Positions 50,606 to 62,871 of a stretch of DNA of 64,000 nt are shown here, piece by piece. This stretch comes from Adineta vaga (lineage: Eukaryota; Animalia; Rotifera), in assembly GCA_021613535.1 (NCBI GenBank), contig CP075496.1, positions 2,976,001 to 3,040,000 of the forward strand. The letters run 5' to 3'. The first letter of the stretch is position 1; every line of letters begins with the position of its first letter. Position numbers and translations under genes: made by a program. The notes under the pieces are model-generated. The model was not told the origin of the DNA. It saw nothing but the letters and a program-made list of their open reading frames with translations, and did no database searches.

Positions 50606-52817
50606 CTAGTTTTTCTTTGAGAATTGTAATTGTTTGAATCGTTTTGTATTTTCTACCAGTGCGATTTCTGCTGGTAATCGTTCCATACTTGATGCTCCAA
50701 AAAAACCTTTGATGCCATGTGTTCGTGCAAGAATATATTGTACGTCATCAGGTTCAGCTAATGGACCACCATGACAAAGAACAATGACCTGAGGATTAAT
50801 CTTTATTGAAACATCATGAATAGCTTGAATACGTTGAACACATTCATCCAGTGTTATGGAAGATTTAGCACCGATAGCACCTTTTGTTGTAACACCCATA
50901 TGAGCAACAATTATGTCTGCGCCAGCTTCTGTCATTTGACGAGCTTCATCTTCATTGAAGACATATGGTGCTGTAACTAGACCAATAGCATGAGCTTGTC
51001 GAATCATTTCTACTTCTTGTTCATAAGCCATGCCTGTTTCCTCAAGATTTTGTCGAAACATACCATCAATAATACCAACGGTTGGAAAATTTTGTACTCC
51101 AATAAAACCAGCGTCTTTGATTTGTTTTAATAACTGAGGCATTAATCGAAATGGATCTGTACCACATACACCAGCAAGTACTGGCGTGTGTTTTACAACA
51201 GGTAGAACTTCACCAGCCATTTCGAGAACAACAGCATTAGCATCACTATATGAAAGAAGACCAGCTAATGATCCTCGTCCAGCCATACGATATCGTCCTG
51301 AATTGTAAATAATTAGTAGATCAGCACCACCTTCTTCAATACATTTAGCTGATAACCCAATTCCTGCCCCAGAACCAACGATAATTTGACCTTCATCAAT
51401 CACACATCGAAGTTGGTCTAGACATTCACGACGATTTCGTGGTTTTATTTTCTTTTTCTCAATTGTTTTTGTACAATTTTTTGACGTCGATTTATATTGT
51501 ATTTGAGCATGCAATGCTTGAACCATGGCATGTGCAAATGTTAGATCATTGATTGATTCATCTCGTTCAATAATTTCAACTTTTTTTGTATCTCCATGTT
51601 TACGTAATGCTTCAATAAGACATTTATCCGCTTGTTTATCACAAAATGGACCTCCTTCTCCTTAAAAAAACATCCGCACCACACAGATTATATATTGAAT
51701 ATGAATAATAAATACCTGATATCAATGAAAAGCCAGCACGAGGAACAAAGACAGGTATTAGATTAGATCCAGAATGTTGATTGAGTTTTTTAGCAATAAT
51801 CTCACCTAATTGTGTACATTCATCACTTGTTGTTCTCATCAATGTAACTTGACTGTTATGTTCATGTAGCAAACGATTTTTTCTCGTAAATTCTTCTGGT
51901 ACTGTATGACGAGGTCCAAAATTAACCATATCAAGTGCTCCAAGTGAAACGACTTGAGGAAGATTTTTTCGTCCAGCAATTTCTAACCTTTCTGGGCCGG
52001 CTGAAAGTATTCCACCAACAAGTTCATCAGCTAATTCTGTTGTTGTAATATCCAGGACACCATTGATTGAACCAGATTCAATTAAACGTTCCATTGCTCG
52101 ACCACCAATCCCAGTTGCATGAAAAATTACTGTCTTATAACCAAGTTCTTCTAATTGTTTCTTGGCTTCCATTATACAAGGTGTTGTAACACCGAACATT
52201 GTCAGAGCAATCAAAGGTGGCTCATCCATTGCTTCTTTTTCCTTTGTTGTTGATTCATAATATCGAGATGCCATTGCAGCCATAGCAACAGCAGCGTTAG
52301 CTAGAATTGGTTCATTAATACGATTAATCCCACCGCCAATATCAGTTACTGAATGCATTATAGTAACATCACTTAAACCAACTGCTGTATGAGCACTACT
52401 GGACGCAGCAATGGTTGATACAATTAATTTTGGTAAACCAATCGGTAAAATTTTTGATTGTTGTATAGCTTCCGACACAATTGATGTACCACATGAACCA
52501 CCCAATCCAAGAATACCATGTAAACGATTTGATTTATAAAGTTCACTTAATTTTAATGTAAGTCCTTTTGTCATAAAATTAAATCCATCAGTTTTTGTCA
52601 GTTTATGTTCCTCCAACGCTTTATAATTACCTCCACCTGCTTGAAATATCACTTTTGATGAAATATCTGGTTCTGGTGATGTTTTATCATTGGACTGAAG
52701 TCCAATATCAATTAATATTACTGAACACATACCAACATCATCAATCTGTTGACGAATAAAATCATATTCAGCACCTTTTGTATCAAGCGTACCAACAAGG
52801 GCAATTGTTGCCGTCAT
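50606..52817 (-). CDS. Tm-1-like fusion: UPF0261 ATP-binding domain plus TIM-barrel (PEP-hydrolase-like) domain, about 718 aa, one intron
   Basis: GTLDTKGAE, GLGGSCGT, LPIGLPKLIVST, TMFGVTTPC, FHATGIGG, GALDMVNFG. Removing intron 51661-51715 joins in frame to GAGIGLSAK, IYNSGRYRMAGRGSLAGLL, GVQNFPTVG, CHGGP, GFFGASSMERLP. Confidence 0.93.
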
Positions 52818-53508
52818 TTTGATATCTACTTCACTGAATTATATTTTGCATATGTTTTGTCACGCTTCACTGAAATATCTCATATGTAGGCGAAAGGTTT
52901 ACTTTTCTATGTGGAGTATAGACCTGTATAGTATCATATACAGAGTTAAATTCATTGTTCATCTTATCGTTCCGTCAACTTATTATTGACATGTAGTTGA
53001 GATGAGAATATTGCCACGTAGATGAATGCATTTCCTTCATATAAATACAATTGATTTGAAAAATACTGTATGAATATTTAAATTACACAAGCCTTTCATT
53101 TTGTACTCTTAATATTCACTAAAACAGTAGTATAAAGACGTTGAACTAGATTAATCTATGAAGTACATATGAACTCAAAAATACAACAACGAGACTATGA
53201 ATCAGAGATATTATCATCAATTGCAGAAACTGCTCAAGGTATTACTGAATTGGACCAGAACATAGTTTAACATATAATTCTAAGTTTTATGATTGATGAA
53301 AGATGATCTCTCAAAAAATTTTAAATCTTTTCTATTTAACAAATGAAAAGATTTTTGGCATTGGTTTTTATCATTTTTTATCGTTTTCTTTATTTGTTGC
53401 TTAAAACGGCACTAAAGCCTAAAAGCAAAAACAAACAACCAAAATAATGATGTTATTCAATATATCTTCTTTTTTTTAAATGTGACCATTGAATGTGGTT
53501 TTTCTATC

Positions 53509-54497
53509 TTATTGATAAACAAGATTGCTTGGTGCTCCTGGTTGTAATTGTCCTTGTTGTTGAGGTGGTACTTGTTGTTGTTGCATTTGTTGAGGATGAC
53601 CTCCCATTTGAGTTGGTAACTAGAAAGAAAAACATTTATTTGTCAAAAAATGTATTCTCTAATAAAATAGAACTATTTACTGGTTCAACTTTTCTTTCTT
53701 TTGGTTCAGAATATGGTTGTGAAATAGGTGTTTCATCTTTTGGTTGAACAATTTGAATATGATCTGGTAATGGTTTTTTAACACCTTTGCCTTCTTTTGG
53801 ATCATGTGGTAACATGATTTTAACTTTGATACCAAGTACACCCTGACGTAATAGAACATGTCGTACGGCATATTGTACATAATCATTGACGGGATCACCC
53901 GAATGAATCATTAAACCATCGATGAATTTCATAGCTTTAGCACGTTGTCCACGTAATTTACCCGAAACAATGATCTCACAACCTTGGGCACCTGATTCCA
54001 TAATAAAACGTAAAACACCGTAACATGCTCTAAAACATAAATGTAAATCTTGAATTATAAGAAGTTGATTTGAAAAATGCTTACCGTCGTACTGGAAGAC
54101 CACCCATAAGTTTGTAACGTAATGATTCAGCTTGAGCTATAGCACATAAACCACGAGTAACAACTTTTTGGGCAAATAATTCAATTGAATTTTCAGGATA
54201 ACCAAAACGTTTTTGAATAACTGATGTTAATTCTCGAATACGACGACCTTTTTCACCAAGAACAGCTTGAGTTTTAGTTGCCATAATAATGATTTCTGTT
54301 CGTTGTGGTGTGACACGAATTTCAAGACCTGAATAACCATCTTCGGCTAATTCACGTGTGAAAAATTCGTTTAATTCAGCGTGAAAAACACCTTCACGAA
54401 TAAACTAAAATAATCAATAGTTTCATAATCAAATCTACATTCTTTAGTAAACAATATTTACTTTGCGTTTTTTCGAGATATTAGCTGTGGTTGCCAT
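53509..54497 (-). CDS. RPS3: 40S ribosomal protein S3 (uS3), 4 coding exons
   Basis: [69 protein letters not shown]. Confidence 0.98.
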
Positions 54498-54805
54498 GTT
54501 TTTATGGTCTTGAGAATAATCTAAAATATAGGAAAAGACATTAAATTAAAATGGCAACTCTAAGATATAAAAATAACGATGTAAGAAGTACATAAACAAA
54601 AAAAATAACTTGAATGTAATGATAGAAATAAAAGTGAGACACCCGTAATATTCAATAACTTTGATTGGTTTATAATTAGAACTAATGTAGGAAATATGAA
54701 TTGAAATATTCACTTTATTTTAAAATGAATTTTAATAGTTTTTGTACATTTTTTGACTTGTAAAATTTTTTAATGAAGTTAATTTCCTTGGATTTTTCAT
54801 GGAGG

Positions 54806-54817
54806 TCAATGGACTAT
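54806..54817 (-). promoter_or_regulatory. Shared 12-mer ATAGTCCATTGA (minus strand) upstream of RPS3
   Basis: Identical to 17375-17386. Confidence 0.35.
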
Positions 54818-55386
54818 GTCAAGCTAATCAGTTGATCATATGACAGTGACATCTGTTGTTGGAATTGCTGTCCATTATAATGGATAGAAACAAACACGTA
54901 TTTTACCATGAATACTAATCGATTTAATAAAAAAAAAGTCTCAAAGAAGTTCTTATAGATTACTAAAAGATCATATGGAAACTAGTTGAATTTGAAAAAA
55001 TAAACCCATATCCTATCAATGATTTAAGAAATCATAAATTACATGGATTATTAGAGAATATAAATGAAACTTAAAAGAATGTTTTCGGCTGTTTTATTTG
55101 ATTAATTTACTTCGTTGAAATTTAATTCTCAATTTGTCAACGTGTATGTTTTGATTTTGAGTTATTGTAGAATAAAATGAATTATTGAGTTCATGGAATG
55201 TAAAGTATATTTTTATTACTGACAAACTCTTTCATGAAAAAAAGTGACTTTATTGTACTAATGAAATTTCAGATCATCAAAATCGAAATAATGCATGTGC
55301 ACGTAAATGAGAAACCAATTGAATAATATTTTAATCAAAAGTAATTTTCATTTTAAAATAAAAATAAAAAACGAAAAAGAGAACAG

Positions 55387-55458
55387 TGCGTTGGCCGGGA
55401 GTCGAACCCGGGTCGGCTGCTTGGAAGGCAACCATGCTAACCGTTACACCACCAACGC
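55387..55458 (-). tRNA. tRNA-Gly(TCC)
   Basis: Exact reverse complement of 25683-25754, followed by T-runs on the minus strand. Confidence 0.97.
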
Positions 55459-56485
55459 TTGCTTCCACTTCTGCTAAATCAACAAGTCTTTTCAATAGAT
55501 CATCACTTCTATTCGGTTCTTCTGAAAAAATTCACATCAACGACAAAACATAGATTATAGTTCTTTCTAACATTACTTCTCAATAATCAGTTGGAACATT
55601 TTATATGTGTATTAAATTTCAATGCTTTTTAATTTAACATTGGAAGAAATCTCGAGAATGTCATTTTATTCTCTGTATTGTACTTTCGTTCGCTGTGTAC
55701 ATATGAAGCGATTTTTTCTTTTCAGTTTGAGCAGTTGATAAAATCATGTGTAAGATCTAATATCTATATAAAACACTTCTTCATAATGTAATAATTAGTC
55801 CGAATATGGTTATTATATACAGCAACATTGATTTTTTTCATTGTATAAAATAATTGAAAATGTGGAATAATTCCTTGTTTGACTTCTTCTCTTAATCTCC
55901 TAACAATTCGAGCATAATTTACTTTGATCATATCAAAACAACTAATAGAACAATAGAAAATATGATTGAAATGTATCACTACGAAATCGAATAAGAAAAA
56001 GAAACAAATCGTTTTCTTTTGTTATTCATTCTATATCACTTTTCGGGTTTTATCTTACCAAGAACTTGTCACTTTAACACAACAATTCACATATCTTCAT
56101 CATAATCTCTGCCTGCTTTGAACGACATTCTGATTATATAAGCATATAACTGAACGTCTTACAAATTTCGACTACTTCTGACATCTACAATTGTCTTTTT
56201 TAAACCATATTTCTCCAAATAACTCAATTTGAAATTTTGATCAAAAATCCATTAACATACTTTTATAGTATATATTTAATATAACTCTATTAGGACCGAT
56301 GATTCATTTCTTCAACATAACCAAGGTGATGAAACTTCATTATGAACGAGTAATGAATGACCAGTTTTTCATACACATGTTTGTACACATTCTATGCTGC
56401 TTAGAAAATGCACGTGTTTTATTTCACCTAAAACATTCTTGAAAATCAATCAATAGAAGATATTATATTCACTCCTAATCCCCAA

Positions 56486-59400
56486 ATGTTAAAACAAATC
56501 AATCGGTCCGAACCAGCATTACATATCAATGAAATTGATGTTAATGATAAATATAAATTTTTGAAATTAATTGGTAAAGGTAGTTATGGTGAGGTATGGT
56601 TAGTCTTGCCATTACGACAATCAGCATCATCATCATCAAATAAATCCAATACTAAGCAACATGTTCTGAAAAGATTAGATCTTCGCCAACAATCCAGTGA
56701 TACGACACAAAATGATATCGAAGGTGCAGAACGTGAAGCAAAATTATTATCAACATTAAAACATCCAAATATTGTTGCATATATTGAATCATTTCGTTCA
56801 AATGATGGCTTTCTTAATATAGTCATGGCTTATTGTGAAGGAGGAGATTTATATACAAAATTAAAAGAAAGAAAAGCTAATAGAGATCCATTACCTGAAA
56901 ATCAAATTATTGAATGGTTTGTACAAATATGTATGGCCTTACAAGTAAGAATGATTCATTGTTTTAAAAACTTTCAAGAGAAGTATTCTTTCCGATATTT
57001 AGTATATGCATGATAAAAGTATTCTTCATCGTGATTTAAAAACTCAAAATATTTTTTTAACAAAAAATGAAATTGTTAAAGTTGGAGATCTAGGTATTGC
57101 AAGAGTATTAGATTCAGGAAATGATTTAGCAACGACTATTATTGGAACACCATATTATATGAGTCCAGAAATATTTTCACATCAACCTTATGGACAAAAG
57201 GTTTGATTATTCTTCTGTTTGTTTAAAAAGAAAATTATAATTTTGAAAAATAATTCTTTTAGTCGGATATTTGGGCACTTGGTTGTTGTGTTTATGAAAT
57301 GACAACACTTGAACATGCCTTTAATGCTAAAGATATGAATGCATTAGTTTTGAAAATCATTCGTGGACAAGTTTGTTTTGTTATATAAAATTTCTTTTAA
57401 ATTACAAAAAAACTTTTTCTGTTCGAATTTAGATGCCACAAACATCAGAAATATATAGTGATTCGTTAACGGCTATTATTAAATCAATGCTTAGTAAAAA
57501 GCCAATGGATCGTCCAACTGCAAAAAAGATCTTACAAAATCCTTTTATCAAAAGACATATTATACAACTTTTAGAAAAGACAAAAGTCAAGTAAGAATTC
57601 AAATAATTAGGATAACAGCTTGTATTCGATTATAACATAGAACATTTCGTGATTATTTCATAGTTATATAGAGATTGAACTCTTGAATAGTTTTCATTGA
57701 AAATCTTTCATTCTAGTGCGTGTTTGTATATCTTCTATCTTGCTCATTATGACTATAATGTTCTTTAAGATGATGTATTCTATCAAACTTGTGATCTTTC
57801 TCTCTCTGTATCTCTCTGCTGTAGTAATCCAAAAGAGAGGAGATAATCGAAATATTAGCAAGAATTCTTGTGAAGATGAATATTTTTAATGAGACAATAG
57901 TTCTCCGTACTCGTACATCAATGTGATTGTTTTGATCATAATTGTTAAAGGGCAATAGAAAAGATTTCTTTTGTTTTCATTTCTCTTCATATTAGATGTC
58001 AAAATCAAGTTAATTCAAATTCTCAAATAACAGTTGTGGCTTTACCAGTGCCACCTTCACCTCCGCCACCTCCATCATCTCCGCCACGTCTCTCTTCTTC
58101 AAATGACGCGAAAAAACCTCATTCATCAGCTAATTCTCCATCATCAAAAAATTCGCAACCAAATCGTTTATCAAATAATAATACTCCTGTTCTTCCTTCT
58201 TATCCACCATTACCTCCATCACATAATCGTCCATCGAACAACATAACGTCATCATCATCCGGTTCATCGTCATCTGCTGATGCTAGTCGATCATTACCAT
58301 CTGTAGATGTTAATCAATCAAATAATGCACGTGCTCGTCGTCGTCTTCGTGTACGTCAAAGTAATCCATTACCAATAAATGATCACAAAATGGATTTGAA
58401 CTATTTATCCAGACTCAGTGAAAATGATACATTACAACGCCGAAAACGTGATCAACAAATTAATAATCATTTAAAACAACATCAACAAATTTCATCTGAT
58501 GATGAACATGAGATATCATCCAGTCCAAAACCTTCTCAACAAGTTGTAATTAAATGATTATTCTTACTTTTATAGTTTTCTTTGGAATTTATTTTTCAAT
58601 TTAGGTGGTTGTTCCACAAAAACAATTAGTTCGACCAAGTTCTGCAGCATCATCAGTTGAATCCAATCATAGTAAATTTTCATTTGATGATGATGTTTAT
58701 TCTTATGATCGTCATTCCAACTTACCTTATCATCATCATCATCATCAAGCACAACAGCAACAGCAATCTGAATCGAAAATTGTTAAATCATATGATTCAA
58801 ATAACAATTCAAACGCACGTCAACGTCGACGAGATAGTCGAATACAATCATCCATCGAATCATCATATTCAATAATGACAAATAATGATAATCAAGATGC
58901 ATCTCGTTCGACATCACAAGATATGATATCAGCGGAAATTGAAAAGAAAAAAGAAGGGTAATGAATCTATAATATTTTACAAATTTCAAATTTAGCTCTA
59001 TTGATTATTTTTCTTCAGAGAAAAAGACATGAATGATTTACTTTTCATGTTAACTGCTACATTAAAATTAGCACCTGTCACAGTCACTGATGTTCAAGAT
59101 TCTGATATGGATTCGAGTCAATTAACAAATAGCAGTAATGATAGTGATAAAACACTTGTTGATAATGGTTATGATGATTCGCCTTCACAAGAACAAAGTA
59201 TTATATATATATATATTTTTTTAATTAATGAATAAACGTTTTTGTTTCGAATGATTAGTATCTCAACCGTGGTCGCCAGGTGATCGAACAATAGAAGTAC
59301 CATTGCATCAAACAAATCGACTCCAAAAACGTTGTGAAGCATTAAAAGCGTAAGAGATAAATATGATCTTTATATAGAACATTATTTAAAAAGCGACAAT

Positions 59401-59748
59401 CGTTATTGTAGCTTGTCTGCAAACTTAAAATGGGTTTAGCAAAATTTTTTCGAATATAAACAGAATTGTTTCTTCAAATTGAAATATGTTTAATCGGTTT
59501 TTTTTCAGAGATTGTCTTCGTGATATAAGTGAAGAAAAACTACGACGTGTCCTTAATATTCTTGAAAATGTTAGTGAGGCACAAATGACAGTAAGTACTT
59601 ATTCAAATGTTTCTGTTGCTTCTCATATTTGATTTTCTTTTTAAAGCAAGAAATAATACTTGAACTTGGCTACTCTTTATATACAAAATATGCTTCACAA
59701 ATCTTTCTATTGAAGTTTTATGAGGACAGTTTACGTACACATACATAA
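56486..59748 (+). CDS. NIMA-related kinase, NEK4-like, multi-exon
   Basis: [92 protein letters not shown]; Pro/Ser-rich tail. Confidence 0.9.
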
Positions 59749-60294
59749 AACGCGATCTGGTCATTGGTATTCTTCTTTCTCTACCTCTATTTATCAAACA
59801 CCGAGTGAGAATAAAAAAAAACGTGTAAATATCATCTCTTCAAAATTTTCTTTGAAGAATTTTTTTTGTCTCTGGATTTGTATATTTAATATTGCTTTTT
59901 TATAATATTATTGTCTTGTGTTTGTACTTGTTTTTTATCGTTTTTTTTGCTGTCTTGCAATGTATTCATGTTATATTTCCATTTTAATTCACGTTAGTAG
60001 TATATACAATTCAAACACTCTCTTTCTTTTGAAAATATTATCTCATGGAATATAGTATTGATTCTGTAAAGTACTACTTAATCACTCATTTTCAAATCAG
60101 GAAAGTTCATTAGATATCAATCGATTGAGGATTAATAATTTACATAAAGATAATGGGAAAGATCTTCAATTGAAAGAATATGAAAAAAAAATATTCAGTT
60201 CTTCTAACTCTTATTTATTTTTGCGGAATTAAGGAATGTTTTACAACATATATAATGAAAAAAAAGGTTTGTCTTTTCGTTTGTGTATGCATAA

Positions 60295-60618
60295 TTATGA
60301 ATTAACATGTTTAGCAGTTGGTGAAACTGTATCGCCTTCATTTTGAACAGTTTCACCTTTGCGATCATCTGCTCTTGTTCCTGATCCACCATGTTCACCT
60401 CCTAATTGTCCATGATGGATACTAATTGACGGTCCAATATGCGTTTGTGATATTGGTTGAGTTGTTGTTATAGAAACCGACGATGATGATTCTGTTGCTG
60501 AATTATTCGCTGTGGGAACAATACCAACATGTGTTTGATCAAAATTTGTTGGTTTGCCAGCTGCACTTGGATAGTTAAATCCCGATGTATCAGCGTTTGG
60601 ATTTGGATTATGCGACAT
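60295..60618 (-). CDS. 107-aa intronless hydrophilic, disordered protein
   Basis: ATG-initiated ORF, GC-richer than flanks, S/T/G/N-rich, no Cys or Trp. Confidence 0.6.
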   Translation of the reverse strand: MSHNPNPNADTSGFNYPSAAGKPTNFDQTHVGIVPTANNSATESSSSVSITTTQPISQTHIGPSISIHHGQLGGEHGGSGTRADDRKGETVQNEGDTVSPTAKHVNS

Positions 60619-60776
60619 AGCAACGGTCTATATATGAATGAGTTCTCTTTTTTTATTTTATAATAATTTGTAGACGAAGAAAGGTAATCGAGTGAAAAAA
60701 GAATTCTTCTTCTCGAAGAAGAAGAAGGAAAGGTAGAAAGGAAGAAAGGAAGAAAAGAAAAGAAAAGAATAGTTTA

Positions 60777-60989
60777 TTAGCTTTTAGTTTGGTGTCGTAG
60801 TTTGTCAGCGTAGAATTTGGACTGGAAATTTATATCTGATGATGTATTCTTAATAATTTGATGATATTTTTTAATTGAATTCAATCCATTAATAATATAT
60901 TGTCGTTTACGAACAACTTCGTTAGTTTCATACACAGATTTTGTGATATCATAATTAATAGGAATAAGAAATTCACGAGTATTCGACAT
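60777..60989 (-). CDS. Possible 70-aa small protein
   Basis: ATG-initiated ORF with protein-like composition; no recognisable domain. Confidence 0.3.
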   Translation of the reverse strand: MSNTREFLIPINYDITKSVYETNEVVRKRQYIINGLNSIKKYHQIIKNTSSDINFQSKFYADKLRHQTKS

Positions 60990-61557
60990 GAAAAATTGAT
61001 ATTGTTACTGTTTGTGATCGAATTGACAATTAAATAAAATAGTTCTTATAGAATCTTAACTAACTGATAGGAGAAAAAAAGAGAAATTGATTGGAAACAG
61101 AATATAGGAAAGAAAAACACAACAACATTGGTAGAAGCAACCGTGGAAATGAATATTATTTGAGAATCATGAAAATGTCAATGTAATTATATAGAATTGA
61201 AATTTTTTGCTCTTATATGCGAGAACAAATGTTTTTAAGGATTTTTTAGAAAAAATATTCGATAGTGACACATAGGTATTGCGCACTATGAAAATTCTTA
61301 AATAAAGTAATTTATTAAATACTACGTATGGTTTTTTCAAAAATAAATATTGTTGTTATTGATTCAAAAGTTATTCGATGATTACTGATAAAACAGACTT
61401 TATTATTAGAAATAAATCTCTTTTTTTTAATCATTATGGATTGTAAAAACACATCATTCATAAAACAAACATCTACTCGATCAGATTAAATTAAAAATTA
61501 CTTTTTATAATTTTTCTCTATCCGAAATATTCTTTACTATATTATCTAGAATAAATT

Positions 61558-62278
61558 TCACGTAAAACTATAATAGAACATAATTGCATCTACAAATTCT
61601 TCTTCAATTTCATTATTTGTTTGTTGATTTTTGATAAGTAGACCAGCATTTGGTACTCGCCCAATTTCTTGAAATCCTAATGATCTCCATAGACGAATAC
61701 TTGGAATATTATTTGCGAATACTAAATTAAACATTGATGCTTTATAACCTAACAGTGGAGCAATTTGAAGAAAAGCTAAAGCCATTATTTTGCCAATTCC
61801 TTGATGACGATGAGGTGTTGCTGTAATAAATCCTCCATTACAAATCTAAATAAGAAGCAATCAGATTAAGATAAATCGATAAGTCAATTACATGAGAACA
61901 TCGACCAGGAAAATTTGGTTTAATATAAAATGTTCCTAATATATTTTCTACGAGATTGCTTTCAAAATTGTTTGGTAAAACTTTCCCACTATTCACAGCT
62001 ATGAAAACATCACCAGATAGAAAATAATTTTCGAATTGTATTGCATCCAAGGGAAATTTTTGTGGATATGTATTTCCAGCTACAATTTCTACATTTAATA
62101 AAGATTGAAGATAAAATATTAGTTTTGATGTATTTGTTAATTGTGATAGAACAGTTGATAATGAATGAATTGACACGAGTTTATTTGAGCTCGTTGAAAA
62201 TTCAATGGGAAGTAAAGATTCCAATTTTGATGGATCATATTCTTTTGGTCGATCAATCTTTCCATAAGCCGACGACAT
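61558..62278 (-). CDS. Fungal-type GNAT acetyltransferase (Mpr1 / Spt10 N-terminal family), one intron
   Basis: GNTYPQ, LGTFYIKPNFPGRCSH|ICNGGF..HRHQGIG..APLLGYKASMFNLVFANNIPSIRLWRSLGFQEIGRVPNAG; intron 61846-61891. Confidence 0.88.
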
Positions 62279-62871
62279 TGATTAGATTTTCTAATTATCT
62301 AAAAATCATAAACTTTCGTAAATACGATTCAAGTCTCTTTCGATGTATCATTGAGAATAAAATGTAATCTTTGCAGTCAATGAAAACAAAATATGATTTT
62401 GTTTGAGATAGATAAGATATGTTCTATTATCTTTCTACTTTATTGATACTAATAGATAAAAGGAAGGAAAAACAAAGAACAAGTAAAGTTATTTTGCGTT
62501 GCGTAGTGCGAACGAAATTACTTGATCTTTTTAAAAGACGTTGTGTTTTATTTATCATTTTATGTAGTTAATTTGCAAAACTTCAAATGTTACTCCTCAT
62601 TCATACACAGAATTTCACTAATTAGAATGAGAATTTAATCATTTATTTAAAGGTTTCTGTATAGTTCACTGAATGCGATTATCGATTAGATTACTTTCAA
62701 ACGTGAATTTTTGTATTTTTGTTTTAATTGAAATTTATTAACAATCAATTCACAAGTCTATCAGTTATTGTATTGTTTCTACATGAAAACAAACATCTAT
62801 TCTATCGTATTTAATCGTCGACATCATATAAATAATAGTAATAATAATAACAATAACAATAATAAATCTAT

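Noticed and set aside
48736-52817. Bacterial contamination as explanation for the foreign-type genes
   Set aside because: Each gene has a GT-AG intron needed to restore the frame, and composition matches the flanking native genes.
56054-56063. CTTACCAAGA, resembling the 3' end of the bdelloid spliced leader as I recall it
   Set aside because: Only 10 nt match, no following GT donor or Sm site, 5' part does not match; not an SL RNA gene.
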